DNA from: Anthoceros angustus
Lineage: Eukaryota; Plantae; Anthocerotophyta
DNA length: 64,000 nucleotides
NCBI GenBank assembly: GCA_010909165.1
Contig: VJWM01000025.1
Coordinates: 2,728,001-2,792,000 of the forward strand
Reading direction: 5' to 3'
Part shown: in pieces, positions 31,842-45,900 of the stretch
Position numbering within the stretch: the stretch's first letter is position 1
How the letters are laid out: every line of letters starts with the position of its first letter
Made by a program: the position numbers and the translations under genes
The notes under the pieces: generated by a model
The model's database searches: none
The model's input: the letters and a program-made list of their open reading frames with translations, nothing else
What the model was told of the DNA's origin: nothing

Positions 31842-34800
31842 ACCCCTTCCTCTTGACCTTGGGACTCCCTCAAGGAGACCTCAAGGCTCCCTCCTTGCTT
31901 TCCACCACTCTTGCGGATCGGCCACAGATCTGGGCAACAGTAGTCTTCTTGGCTTCACAGCAGAGCGGTGCCTGACTTCTGACCTTGGATCTGGTACTCC
32001 CAAACCCCGTGCTCGCCCCAAACACCAAGACTTAGGCCAACATTGCTTACATTTCATCAAGAGTGCCTCTTATACCCAAGATCATTACAAAGCTTGCAAA
32101 ATACCAATCGGTCTTAGCCTACCAATCCTAGAGGCCTATCTATCAATTCATCCACTATGAGAGAGGATAAGATTTACCTATAACACATGGGCCTTTAGCT
32201 ATTTGAGGCCCTTACCCCTATTACCTCTCACAGGCCTCCTAGGCCGCCTAGCCCCATGTTCTCCTCTTGCTCTCCTCCCTCTTGGCTGGTTGGGCAATCT
32301 CTCCCATAAAATCTCTACCTCCTCAGCTGGACTCCTCTCTCTCTTGTGCTCGCCGCATAGCAGTACTCCTCCTCGGTGAGCTCTTGAATCTGGATGGGTC
32401 GGTGAGTTTCCTCCTTAAGAATCCAACCCATAGGTAGGATCCGATGCCGTCAAGGCATGGATCAAGTACCTCCATGTCCCCCATGCCCACAACAACATAA
32501 ACTTTCGAGACAATCTTCTCTCCGGCCAAGGAGAATCCGGGCACATGGTTATCTTGATAAGCATCCTCAATCTAATGCACCATTGGGAAGTTAGACTTCT
32601 TAGGCGGTGCTTACCGCTCCCCAGCTGTTGTCCTCCTCACGGTCTTTGCCCCTTTCTTGTTGTAGCTCTGGTCTTGGAGCTGTTGCTCCCTTAGCAGTGC
32701 AGGTGTGTTCCTTAGCGGCTTGCTTGCTTAGCAACCTCCTCGGTGTGCCAACTCGGCAATTCTTCCATAGGCTCGCATCTTCCACGGTGGCTCTCCTTGC
32801 AATCCACAGCCCTCTTGGCCTCTTTCCACCTTTCCTTGCCTCGTCCCTCTCCTTCTTGGCGCCCGGCTGTCCATGTTTCGCTGAACGCATCGAGATGACG
32901 TGCGGCTCCCCTATGGTGCTTTGTCGTCAGGCTGAACCATGAGGTTTCACGATCCTTGGTCTTGCAACTCTTCTCGGACCTTCCTTAATTCCTTCCATGC
33001 TACCTAGGCGTCCCTCAAGACCTCCTTCTCTGCTTCATTCCAGAGCTCCTTTGCTCTCCTGTTGTTCCCCCCTGCGCTGTAAACCTAACAAGAGAGGACC
33101 AGCTATCGGTCCTCCATCTCTAGTGCGTGCCATAGGTGAGACCGGCTCTTGCGGGTGATGTTAGGCCCCAAACCTTGGGATGGGTTCCCTCCTTCCTATG
33201 TCATGGCTCCCTGCGACCACTTAGGGGTATACTTGAGGTCACCCCTTGAGCAGTGTGACTTTCTCGGATCGGCTCGTGCCCAAGGTTGGGCGATTCCTCT
33301 GTTGACTGTGGCTTCCAGCCCGGGCTCTGCGGAGTCTTTTCTGGCCTTTCCTTTATCCTACATCCGGTGAGTTCCGTCGTGCTCTTGTGGCTCTAGGAGT
33401 GGTTGGAGTCCCCGTTGCTCGGCCCGACCTCTCTTGGTGTTGGGGTCTTAGCAACTCCGGTTGCTTTGTTGTGCATGGTGATGCCTTAAGCGCCACATTC
33501 CTCTTCATGGACACTTGGACTTCTCATCTTCACTCCCGGTGCCACGAGATGGCCTCTTCCTCGACTCCTCTTTGGGCTTCCTTCTTTCAAACACGGCCTC
33601 CGGGCATGGAAAATGAGACCATCTCTATCCCCTCGGCAACTTGGCATGGTCAAAATGTGGATTAAGAAGGAGATAGGTGAGGGGTGATGGTAGGGTCAAG
33701 TGGTCCCTCTCCTGCATCTTGTGTCATAGAACATCCTAGCCCAATCTATCTTGGACCCTCTCACCACCTCATAGAAAGACAAAATGGTGACAATGTGCTC
33801 TAGCTTCTTAGTGAGGCGCAGGATCCACTGGCTAATCCGGCCTCGGTCTAATTTGTTGGTGACCCAGCCATTCTCCACCCTAGACAATGTGGGAGCAATG
33901 GCGACTTGTGCCTCCTGCGACTTTTGGGAGATGGCTTCTGAAAGGATCAATGATTATTCCACCACATTCCTCTTGAGGCCTCTCATAGGCTGGAACAATG
34001 AATATTCCAGTGCGGGGTTGGTTCTCGTGTTGCCTTCCTGGCCTTCTCCCTCATGTGTCTGCACATTCCAAACCAATTACAGGCTCTTGTAGCACCACTT
34101 TTTGTCCATGAAGGACAAGTGATGCTTAGCCACCAAGACCCTTTCACTCTCCAGTGCCCCATGTTGGGCCATTGCGATGTAATGGCCTCAATGGCCAGGA
34201 GTGGTCTTCTTAGGCCATGCTCCGTCCTGCCCGACTTCCACAATTTCCGCTTAGCTCCGGCTTGTTTTGTGGAGAATTCCGGCCCTTTCGCTTCCAACTC
34301 ACGATGGCGGTGTCCCACGATTTCTCCGCACGGGAAGCGCGTCACAGACCACAATTTATGATTCCTGACTATCTTCCCGTTTACGTTCCACCCCACTTGC
34401 TCCGATCCCGGCTCAATATCGCTGCCCTCAAGCCGATCCTTCCTCCTCGGTGTAGAGTCGATTATCCTGTGGTGGTTGCGGTGACCCCCACAGTGCGCTT
34501 GCCTGCCTAATCCGCGCTCCCTTAGGTGCGTGCCACCTCGCACCCTACCTGGCGCCCCCTTCCTTCTGGCAATTCCTCGGCCCCCTCACTTACTGCCCTC
34601 TCTTCTCGGCTTTTCGGTGCACGCCGCCGCCTTCTCGGCGATTACTCCCATTGGGCCATTTTGGCGCGCCCGGCTGTTTGCTCGATTGCTTCCGCCACGC
34701 GCGCCCTGAGCTCCTCCACTCTTGTTCGCCTCGGCTCCTCCTCTGAGCCTTGCTCGCCACAGCCTCTGCTCGGTTTCCGATCCGCCGCATCCCTGCCATT

Positions 34801-37800
34801 CCACCGGTCGGCCCTCTTACGCGCTCGTGCGCTGCGCCTCCGTGACTCGCGCGTTCCTCCGCCTCCACCCGGTCACGCTCGAGCTTGGTGTGGCGCGCCT
34901 TGATCACTTCTTTATATTCCTTGTCCTTCTTGACTTAATTATAGGACCCCGTTACTTCCCGTTGGGTATTTGATTTCCTCAATTGGATTTCGGTTTATCG
35001 GAAAATAACTCCGACTTGGTTGCTACCATAGCGGGCTCCGAGTCGGTTGTCATGCGTCTGTAACCGGCCCTAGCATGCGTTAACAACGGTCGAGCAACCA
35101 ACCCTCGGTTACATCCGGGATCGGACTAGACTCTCTTCCTCCTACTAGGCTCTAGTAGACTTTTCTTATTTCCTAACCTACTTCACATTCCAACTCCACG
35201 ATGGCAAGGTGTCCCCGCCTGACCACTCCGCACTTTGGGAAGCGCGGCCACCACTAATTTATTCCTGACCTATCTTCGCCTCGCTTGTCCTCCTCAGACC
35301 TCGGAATTGAAACCCCCGATCCTTTGCAATATGCCGCCGCTCGCTCTGGGCCACCGCCTTTCCTCCTCATGCGCGAGGTCCGGGGGTGTATCCTGCAACT
35401 GGTTGGCTGACCCCGTGCGCTTGCCTCCGCCCCTTAACCTCCTTAGGTGCGTGCCACCTGCACCTACCCCGCACGCTCCCTTCCCCTTCCCACGCCCCCT
35501 CTTACGCCTGCCCTACCTTCTCCCGCACCACCACGAGGCCCGTTTCTCCGTGAGCACGCCCGATTATTCCCACTCCCTGGAGCGCCGCGCCCCGCTGCCC
35601 TCATTGCCCGCCACGCCCCTGGAGCTCCTCCACCAGTCTCGCCCGCCCTCCCACGCCTGTAGCCTTTGCCGCCTCTCGACTGCCTCCTGCCTTCCACCGC
35701 CTGATCCGCCTTTTCCACCCGACCGCCTCTTCCGAGGCGCTGCTGGCCGCTTCGCGACTCGACGCTGCTTCTCCCGCCTCCCGGCCACGCCCGAGCTTGA
35801 GGTGTGGCGCCGCCTTCACCGCCTGCTGCAAATATTCTTGTCCCTTCCCGCCGGACTTAATTTAATAGGACCCCGTTACTTCCGCTTGGGTATTTCCAAT
35901 GATTTCCAATTAGGTTTTCCATTTATCGGAAAATAACTCCGACTTGGTTGCTACCATAGCAACAGCTCCCGAGTCGGTCTGTCATAGCAGTCCTGTTAGC
36001 AACGGCCTAGCACCGTAGCAACCGGCCGAGAGCCAACCCTCCAAGGTCGTCGGATCGGACTAGACTCTCTTCCTCCTACTAGGCTCTAGTAGACTTTTCT
36101 TATTTCCTAACCTACTTCATTCCAACTCCACACGATTCTCACAACTTAAACACAAAACAAAAACACTCCTTTTAGGGGTGCAGTACCCATGTGGTCACCA
36201 CATACTCCCCTTCTCATTTGTTGGCGTCCCGCCAACTTATTAATACTTCTTCGCGCCAACCATTGACACGGTTGTAGAATCCATCAAGTTCTTTGCGGTG
36301 TGTGGATCCATTGTCGAACACTTCACAGCAGGGACCCATCCATCTAAGATCGACTTCCGAAGTGCATGTACTGTTGTCATCTGACAGCGCCAAGTCCCGG
36401 AACAACGTACTCTTGTTTTGACTTAGGTCATGCCATTCCTTCCTCTTCTCTTGGGCGTTACGTGCAGGCTTGTTCCTACTCTCCATGTCTGAACAAAGCC
36501 TATGAGCCTCTCCAAGCTCTCCTCCACCGTCATCCTCTTATGCTCTTGGACTCTCAGCGTTGGCACTTCAAACTCAATGGGCATGGTGGTGTGCCCATAG
36601 GTGAGGTAGTAGAGTCATTGTGTGGTCACCTTCTCCACATCCTGTCGCCCTGGCAGTGAGTGAAGCTTCCGGTCCCAATCGTAGTGTAGTGATGGTTAAC
36701 TTGTTGAGGATCACAAAGCAATCCATTAGCTTTCTCGTGAGTCCATTCGCCTTGGGGTTGTAGGGGTGGTCTTCCTGGCTGATGTTGAAATACTTCACCA
36801 TGTGTGAGATCACCTCGTTGATGAAATGGGTACCCTGGCTAACCAACTCCAGACCGTACCTTGTGATGATATGCTCAAACAAGAACACACCACATTTGTG
36901 TCCACGGGCAAGGCTTGAGCTTCCACCATGCGGGTGGTGGTCCGTTGCTACGAGAATATATTGGTTGGCTCCCCTTGGTCTTGGGTTGAATCGGTGAAGT
37001 CAATCCCCACTTCAAAGGCGCCAAGGCTAGGATAGGGACCAATGGCCTTTGTGGTCTGGTTGGCTTCAACCCTTTGACATGCATCCTGGCAGCAGTGAAC
37101 TCCCTAGCATCTAGCAAGGTTGGCCACCAATACCACCTCGATCTTCTTACAGTCACGTTGGTAGTAGTGACCTCCGGCCTCCTCCTCATGCAAGGCGCGA
37201 GAACCCGGTCCTTTGACCATCCTTGACCCACAACCTCTCAACTCCATCGGCCTACCATGCGGCTTGTCTCGCTTAACAGCAGTGCGGAAGTATAGAAACC
37301 TCTGTTCTTTGTTGTGAGTCTGTTGGTATCGACCCGTTGCTAAAAGCGAAAGACCTCCTCATAGGCTGGCACAACTTCTCCCTCCCTTCTCATTTGGTCT
37401 GTACCTCCGTTTCCAGTCAACTTGGCATTGGGCCTAGCACTCTCCTCATCCTCCTCCAAAGAAGAAAGCTTCATCCGAAAATGATCTTCTTGATCATGCT
37501 CCACCTTCTCCGTCTTCAAGCGAGACAAGTAGTCAGCGTTCACATGCTTCTTCCCCTCACGTGTCTCCACCGTGAATGTGAACTCTTACAGCAAGATCCA
37601 GCGAGCTATGCGACCGAAAGTCCGCCTTGTTGACAAGATGCTTGAGAGCAAAATGGTCAACATGGAACACAAACTCATAGGAGAGGAGATAATGGCGAAA
37701 CTTTCTTCTTGAATACACCATCCCAAGGGCTTCCCTTTCGATTGTTGTGTACTTGCGCTCCGCATCGGTGAGTTCGTCCGCGTAGTAGATTGGGTAGTCC

Positions 37801-40800
37801 CTCTTCTTGTCATCCGGCTCAAGGCACCAATGGCGGCGGAAACATCACGTAAAATGGAACTTCTTGCTCCAATCCGGTCCCTTGAGGGTTGGGTACCACG
37901 TGGTCCTCAAATCTTGAAATCTGCCTCCCTCTCGGTGTCCGGTCCACTCTTGGTCCTTCCTCAACAAGCTGGTCAGGCAGCCCTCTAGCAAAGTTAGGCA
38001 CAAAGCGTCAGTAGTACCATGCCAAGGAACCCCGGAGTTCCTTGAGAGTTGTTGGAGCTTTGGGCAACAATCATCTTCACCTTATGCGGATCAACCGATG
38101 CCCGTCTTTGAAACGTGCCCAACAAAATCCCTCCGCATGCCAAAGTAGCATTTCGGGATGTAGGCAAAGTTGAGTTTCACGACACCTCGCCAAGCACCCT
38201 AAGTGATCCGGTGCTCCTCCACACTCCCAAACACACAAAATCATCTAGGAATACCTCCATGAACTTGTGGAGATACTCCTTGAAGATCTCAACCATGCTC
38301 CATGAAGGAAGGCGCTCTCAATCCGAGCACTCCTCTTGTCGAAGGTCCCCAATCCGTTGTGAAGGCTGTTAGAGGCGGTCACTCTCCCTCAAGTGCGGTG
38401 ATTGTACCCAGTACCCGTCAAGAACGAGTACACATCTTCCACCACCAAATCCGGGATGTTGTCGATGAATGGCGGGAAATGGTCCTTCTTGGTTGCTTTG
38501 TTGAGCTTCCTCCGGTCTTCATACTCGAATCTTTCCGGTGCCTTCTTGAACCACAACGGAGCCACCACTCCGTGTTCGATTGGATAGATGCCCGCCTTCA
38601 AGTACAATTCAAGTGCTCCTTCACCTTGATGAGTACTTTGGGTTCATTGTATTGGGAATTCGCGAGTCGCTCACGGCTCCAAATCGATCCTATGCTCCCC
38701 ACTTCTTGGGAATCCCTTCATATCATCACCTCGAAGGCAAACACGTCGATGAACTCGGCAAGGCTGTTTCCTTCTTCCAACGCTTCCGGTAGCAAACTTC
38801 AGCACCTTCGGGCAATACCTCACATCCTTAATCTCGTCGCTTGTACCCATTCTCGCTCCACGGGTCTTGAACTCTCACCAAACCCTTCCTCCGGTTCACG
38901 AGGTCCTCTTCCCTCATCCCCACTCCCTAAATAGGTCCTCGGAGGTGAATCGAATGATCACTCACCCTCGTCGGCATTGTTGTCCTCGATCCTTCCTTAG
39001 CAACCTCTGTCGAATCTTGTTGCTTAGCAACCGCTTTTGATCTGATGCTTCCTTAGCAATCGCCTCGTTAGCAACGGCCGTCCTCCTCGTGCGTCCTCCA
39101 TGAACCCAAAGCGTCCACCAAAGGTGAGGAGTAAGGGATATCCCTCCTATACTCTTCCTCCTCATCGACCATGCGATATGTGCAAAAGGAAATTTGTCCA
39201 GTTCCCCTTCTTCCTCCAGTCGGATGTTTCTCCAGATGTGTATCCTTCCGTTCTTTGGAGTCTCCCACAGTGGTATCCACCAACTCAAACAAATTCGCCT
39301 CCTTCGTCTTGGGGTCCCCAATCCATTGGCTTAAAAGCCACTTCCTTCCTCCCCAAGTCATCTTGCATCTTGAGCCATACACGGGTCCTTCCCAATAGGA
39401 TGTACCTGGCGCCTTGTCTTGGATAACCACATAGTCCATGAGATAGGAATGGTCCCTATGATGGTGGTTACTCCTTGATTCTCCCACAGTGCATTTTTGA
39501 CATGTCGGTAATCTCGGCCTTTGTGGTATGCTCAATGTCAACCCAAGCTTCCTTGCTATTGCTTCCGTCATGATGTTCACCCCGGATCCGGTATCCAAGG
39601 AACCCGCTTGATGGCGAGGATCTCTGCGGCTCGGCCCTTGGTCTATCATGGACACTAGGTTGTTGTGAGTCGGCACCCTTGGTCTGGCAGGCAATCGCCT
39701 CTTCCTCTTTGCCTCTTGCAAGGCCCTCAGAACTTGTTGCACATACTTGGGTTGTCCTTCAATAGTTGACCAAGCGTGATAGCAAAGCTGATCCATGATG
39801 GCTTCGGCAAGGTTAAATGGTCCTCGATCGGTCCTCCTTCTTCCGGCGATCGCGGTTGCCCCCTTAGCAACCACGTCGACGGTTGCTTGCTTAGCAACGG
39901 CCGCCTTAACGGCGGTTGCTAGAGGACTTCTGCGATCTCGAGGATCACGAGCTCGGCGGTTTTGTCTTGGTCAATTCCTCCTCTATCATCTCCATGACTT
40001 CCGGCGCGTCCGGTGGAAACTCGGGTTCCTCTCCCTTTTCTTGGAACTTCTTTTCTCCAGCATGGCCCCAGGCGATTCACTCCTTGATTCTTCCTTCTCG
40101 GGGTTCTCCTTCTCAAGTGTCTCCTAGATCCGTTCCCTCCGGGCTTGGAGTGCTCTCTTGAGACTTTGTGGTTACCTCTCTCTTTCTTCCTTGACTTCCT
40201 CCTAGCTTTTCATTCCTAGTGCGCCTGACCATGGCTTGACCTCTCGTAAGTCTCCTGCACCCCAGTCCATCTAGCTCCCGCACCATGGCTTCCGCATCCT
40301 CCCCAAGCGACCATAAGGGCATCCTCCACGTGCATGGCGCTCCAGGATGCCTTGCGAACCCATCACGGTGGTTGAGCAATTGAGCAGTCTTCCTCGGTTT
40401 GGGCAAGTGACACTCCCGCTTGACCACATTGTTTGCGGTCTTGCACGTAGTTCGTAGTCACCATTTGCTCTTGGCGATGAACAGCTATTTGCATAATGAC
40501 CAGCCCCTGATTGTAGCAACCCTTGCTTGGCACCCACAGGCACTTGGTTATTCTGAATGCCGGCCCCATGGAATTTCGCGGCATCGATGGATGGGCGGTC
40601 TTGAGTCTTGTTGTCCACAGAAACCTCCACGGATCGGTAGGTATCCTCCAGCGATCCTCTTCCTCCTCCTCGTGCGAGCATGTGCACCTTGGCCACATGG
40701 CAGTTGGACTTAGGTGTGGCTGGCCACAAGTGGAACAAAAGCAGGTTAGCCGAGCCTTTGGATGCACTCTCCTCTTCTCATGCTCCTTCCACGTTGAGGT

Positions 40801-41630
40801 GAAACTTCTCGAATTTGCTCATCATTTCCTCCATCTTCATTTCTTCTTTGTTGCACCTTCTTCTGGACTTGACCTCCCTCTTGACTTGTTCCACTTCCTT
40901 CTTAGCACTAGCGACCTCTTGTTTAGCCAGCTCCCTTGATCCTCGAGCCTGGTTTCTTCTTAGCGCCAACCTTCTTCTTCTTCTGCGTCTCGTCTTAGGA
41001 TTCTTCCTCGCCATCCTCAGGAAGAGTCCTCCAGTCTGAGTCTTGAGGAGTCACTCTCCTCGAAGTTTCCTCCTCCGACGAAGATCCCTTGTCCTTCTTC
41101 CCTCGCTTGGACTTCTTCTTCTTGCTCTTTTCCTTCTTGTGCTTCTTCTTGTCCAAGGAGTTGGATTCTTCGTAGTTGAGTGCCGCCTTGATGGCCTTGT
41201 CTCGTCTTTCTCCGCTTGCACTCACATGTCGGCCCATCTGGGATCTAACCTTAGCAAACCACCGAATGGCCTGTAAATCGAGTGAGGACCACTACGATCA
41301 CGCAAGTTAAGAAACCTCTCAACATAAGCTTGCAAGTCTCCTTCCTTCTTCCTCAAAACTCCAACTTTGACAACACGAGCCTTCTACATCTATTCCCCGA
41401 ACCTCTCACAAAAGGCTTTCTTGATTCGTTGAAGGTTCTGAGTCTTGATGCCTTGAGGTACTCCTCTTGTACCACTTTGGCCTCCTCCGCGAAGAACTCC
41501 GTAGAAGAGCTGAATGCGCTGCAGATCCCCAGATTCCTGATTTGCAATGGTTAGTTGCTCAAAGCGTTCAACAAACTCGTCTGGATCTTCATACCCCTTC
41601 TTCTCTCCATACAGTGGGTATGGGGTAGTT
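31842..41630 (-). mobile_element. Ty3/Gypsy (non-chromovirus, Athila/Tat-like) internal region: partial gag, PR, RT, RNaseH, INT, extra 3' ORF; copy 1
   Basis: gag YEDPDEFVERFEQL...KKAFCERF (about 41600-41400); PR DTGSGVNIM (about 39600); RT DRRKLNKATKKDHFP..FID and EVFLDDF (38650-38200); RH KKFHV..YPIYY..LVNK (37950-37600); INT KWGL...FLFEHIITRYG...DQGTHF...YNPKANG (37050-36600). No chromodomain seen. Frameshifted. Confidence 0.92.
32200..34550 (-). pseudogene. Additional ORF between Gypsy integrase and PPT (same sense as pol), fragmented
   Basis: Coding-like fragments shared with copy 2: SRVENGWVTNKLDPEGRISQWILLSLTKKLEHIVDHFLSFYEVVRGSKIDWARMFYD; acidic/basic low-complexity RRKPKEESEEEVISSG; Lys/Arg/Glu-rich C-terminal part. 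Confidence 0.6.
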
Positions 41631-42999
41631 ATGGAGACCTTTGTCGAAAGAAAGCCACCACGGAGAGGGGAGACCCACCGTTTGTCTCCGTGGTAGGCCT
41701 TAGCACAATCCTTAATGAGGCTATCGAAATTCCCATGACCCCGTGGTCTTGATGGCGAGGGGATGAAAGCATGGCCATCCTCCATAGGCATGTACTTGTA
41801 TACTTTGGATGTCGAGCATCCTCCGCCGCCCAACCTAAAGGTTGATGATGACGTCTCACAAACATCTCGGGTAGGGTCCATTACGATGACCTCCGCAATA
41901 GATTTGATCCCCCACGGTGAAATAGATATGTCGAAATGACACGTCATTGAGGTATGGTCGCTCTATGCGGAAGAATTCCGCTCTCCTTGGCCATCGAGAA
42001 CATGACATCGCCAAGCGGCATCATGCGGAGTAACACGCTGCCTCCACTCAGACAAATGAGCTAGGTAGGACCCAAAGGCGTCGAGGGGCCCCGCTGCAAG
42101 ATGATGAGAATGAGCAAAGGTGGACTAAGCCTAGGCAAAACCTCATCGTGGTAGAAAAGAGGTGGTGCGATTGAAGCCTAGATGCACGAGCCAAAAGGCA
42201 AGAGCCCGCTCCTTTCCCGAATAAGAGAGGAGGCGAGCATAAGTGCTGTGGAATAGCGTAATCGTGAAGAAGGGCACTCCACCGCCAATCGCTTCTCGAG
42301 TGAGGCAAGGCCCCGTCCAGAAAAGCGTGGAAAAAGAGGCATGGCCACCGGGCATCCAAAGATAAGGAATCCTAGCCAACCTTGAAACCCGCAGGGAAGG
42401 CCCCTCCTCAACACCTAAGACGAGGGCCTCCAAAGATGGGGAATCTGGATTAAGAATCGAGGCCAAGACCCCTGAAGGCCCACCTCCTAAGGAAGGTCCG
42501 TTGGTGCCGAGGCCTCAAGGCCGACAGCGCCCCAAAGGCGATAAGTAGGGGCGCTTGTAGCCTATCTAAACCTTCCCGAGTACACTCAAAAAGTAAAAGC
42601 GCGATGTGTCTGGCCGCATAACTTGTGCATGAAGGGCGGAAAGCGGAAAGCTTGAAAGAAGGCGATGGACAACTACGTGGCATATCTCAAAGCTGGAGAA
42701 AATGGTGCGAAGGCAAAGATCAAGGAGAGCGGTTCATCGCCGGAGCGAAGGAGGCGAGCACAAGCTTGGATACATGGCGACATTGACCACATCCAAGGGT
42801 AAGGAAGAAACCTATGGCCTTCGAGAAGATAGCTCGGAGGAACAAGAGGATCTTGACACATGGAGTCTGGCGAGGAGGAAGCTTGATCCTCTTTTCAAAC
42901 CTATGCCAAGATGACAAAGTCGTTTAAGCCATGCCAACAAGAGCAACTATGGGAGCAACATCAAAGTCCGAAGTGGGCGATATGGAGAAACCCATGCGG
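41631..42999 (-). mobile_element. RLE-type LINE fragment, copy 2 (3' end replaced by Gypsy gag)
   Basis: Colinear with 24663-26051: IAEVIVMDPTRDV, WAAEDARHPKY, DSLIKDCAKAYHGDKR, SVVAFFRQR. Confidence 0.72.
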
Positions 43000-45900
43000 T
43001 ATTAGAATTAGCCTAAAAGCGTTATGTTACAACTATGAACCGCTAAAGTAGTTTTGCATTTTGATTCGGTTAAATAACTTGCCTTTTTGTATAAGATAGT
43101 TTCTTTCCATTAATCAATCAACCTTTTTCCTCACATACGCTTTGCTTCTCGTGTTCTCCGCTTGTGCTCTTGGTCACTTTGGCTCTCTCATGTTGATCCT
43201 GCCATAGCTATTCTCTTAGCTTTTATGGTATCGAGCCTATTTGAGATTTGGGCGACTAGCATGGGTGCCAACGCATCCGACACACACCGATCTTGCCATC
43301 TTTAGATCAAGATGCCAAGGCTTGATTTCTGCGGACCACGAGACCTTGCCGACCCGTCCATGCATAGCTTATTTGGAGCAAATCCCTTGTTACATTTGCG
43401 GATCTGGACAAGCGGGTGACTTCGTCAGCGCGGAGTTGCCCCGTAAAGGCTACGCCACCAACCCGCGAACGCCTTCATCCGGCATACCACCGTGCGACAA
43501 GGAGCTTTTCTCATACGAAAGCCTCCAGGCGTCTTGAGGACTATCTGACATCTCTCCACAAAGAGCTTTCAGCATTGCAGATGCGTACGTGTGTGCAGGA
43601 AGCATTTATCGAGAAGTTGTTGGACAGCATCAAGGCCCTCCACTTGTTTTGTGAAGAGCGATCTGAAGGACCTCATGCATCCCCCTTCGTACTTGTCATC
43701 AAGCGCCTTGCACCATGTTGTAGCTCTCTCTTACATTTATGAAGATAGTTCGATTCGATGATGAATTGGTCGTGGACATTTCATCCCTCTTTCGAACCTA
43801 CCTCTCATCTTTGCGTGGGACTTCTCCCCATGACCTTTTAAATTAGAGAGACTACTTCTTCAAGCTGTCCACGATAGAGTTCTAAATCCACGAAATCATG
43901 TGGAGTTTTCACCAAGTGTTCTGTAGTCCCTCTTTGAAAATTGAGTTCAGGGACAAGGATAGGTTTAAGGGTACAGATTACAACATCTGGGCCATGAGAC
44001 TGACCCAAATCTTTGAGGAGAATGAGCTGTTGACCATCGTAGATGGCACAGAACCCAAGGTGACAACACCTGTTAGAACAGCCAAAGAAATCCTAGCCTG
44101 GGAGCGTAAGGATAGGCGTGCTCGTTCTATACTCATGGCTGCCTTAGATAGAAATGTGATGCCACACACCATAGATGCCAAAACCTCGGCAGATGTGTGG
44201 AAAGTTTTCCAGTCTATATATCAGGACAAGAGTTCGGCGTCCCTGGTGCATGCGCACAGAGACTTCTTCAATTTGAGGATGCGGGACAATGAGCCTGTTG
44301 AGGCTTATATCAACAAGTTTAGGACTCTTCGTGCTAATCTTGCCTATTGTGATAGTCTTGTGAAGTTCAAGCTATAAGTATCTTGGCTTCACTTCCGAAA
44401 GTTCGCACTTTGTTGGCGGTTAGAATGCCACAATACATCTTCTTTTCAAGCTACTACCGCCAAGGTAACACTCGAGGAGGTAATTGGCGCCCTTATATCG
44501 AGGCGCACAAGGAGTTTTCACAAACCAAAGGGCTCACTTCCAACACAAAACAAGTATTGTTTACATCAAGAGGCCGGCGGCTCGAGGTCGAGGTGAGGAC
44601 GTGGTTCTCGAACCCACAACGAGATGTAATCAACAAGAAGACTTTTGTGTGCAAGCGGTGTAAGATTCACAGCCATTATGAGCGAGGCGCCGTAAGAAGA
44701 AAGGAGGAGAGCCAGCGATCATCCTCCGAGCAACGTCACCATCGGCCAAGGCTAAGCAGACTATCCACAGCGTTTGTTTGTCGTCCACACAAGTACAATC
44801 GACACATGGTTTCTCGATTCAGAGCCACAAGTCATATTTGCTTTCACAGTGCTTTTCTTCTTCACTCCTTACTGCTGATGCCAAGCAGTTTGTCTTATTA
44901 GGGGCGATAGTGGACTTTCTATCAAAGGTTCGTTACATTATCATTTCCTTGCCTGACTCTTCAAGCCTTACACTCACAAAGGTTCTCTATGTCCCTTCCA
45001 TGACTAAGAACCTGATGTCTGTCCTGAAGTTGTCACAGGAACATTATTGCCGAGTGTGTTTTGATCAGCAAGGGTGCTACGTTACAAACTCCAAGTTAGG
45101 GCATCATCTTTTCTCAGGCTCACCTTCTCACGATCTATACCTCCTGAACGTCAAGACTGTGTTAGGTTCTACTCAATCAGTTCATTCCACAGAGGTACCT
45201 TCCACACAATTGTGTGCGTCTTGGACATGTCAATTTCCAGCCTCGTTCCTTGTCAAGGTGAGAGTTATCGTGAGCCCTTGAATTCCCTTTTGATAAGAGC
45301 ATATACGTGAGTCCTGTCAATTGAGTAAGGCACATTCACGCCTTTTAAGGATATGGCCCTTAGCCGTCTTGATGGCTTGCTTCATCTGTGCATAGCGACA
45401 TATGTGGCCCCATGTCCACTAGCTCCTTTGGGGACTATTTCTTGACCTTCATCGGAGTGGGCGGATATTGTGTAGTTTTCTTTCTCGACACAAGAGTGAA
45501 GCTTTTGGCCTTCAAGTCTTATGTTCGCTATGCTCAACGCGACTTCATAAGGTGCGAATCTTGCGAGCAGACAATGGCGGTGAGTACACAATCACGCATT
45601 CGCATCCTTACATGCAGAAGGAATCCTTCATCAGTTGTGATTCCACTCCAGGCGAATGCTTTCTCGGAGCATAAAAGCAGAACTCTCTGAAGCCACTTTG
45701 GCTTCTCTCTTTCTTGGACTCACCGTGGGTATTAGGCGGAAGCTTTGATGGCCGTCAACTATGTACGAATCGGCTGCCGACAAGGAGCTTGGCACCATGA
45801 CCCCTTTTGAAAGATGGACGGGCAAGAAGCCCGAGTTCGACACCTATGAATTTTGATTGCTCCGCTTATGCTCTCGTCCCTCCAAAGATTGCTCCAAGCT

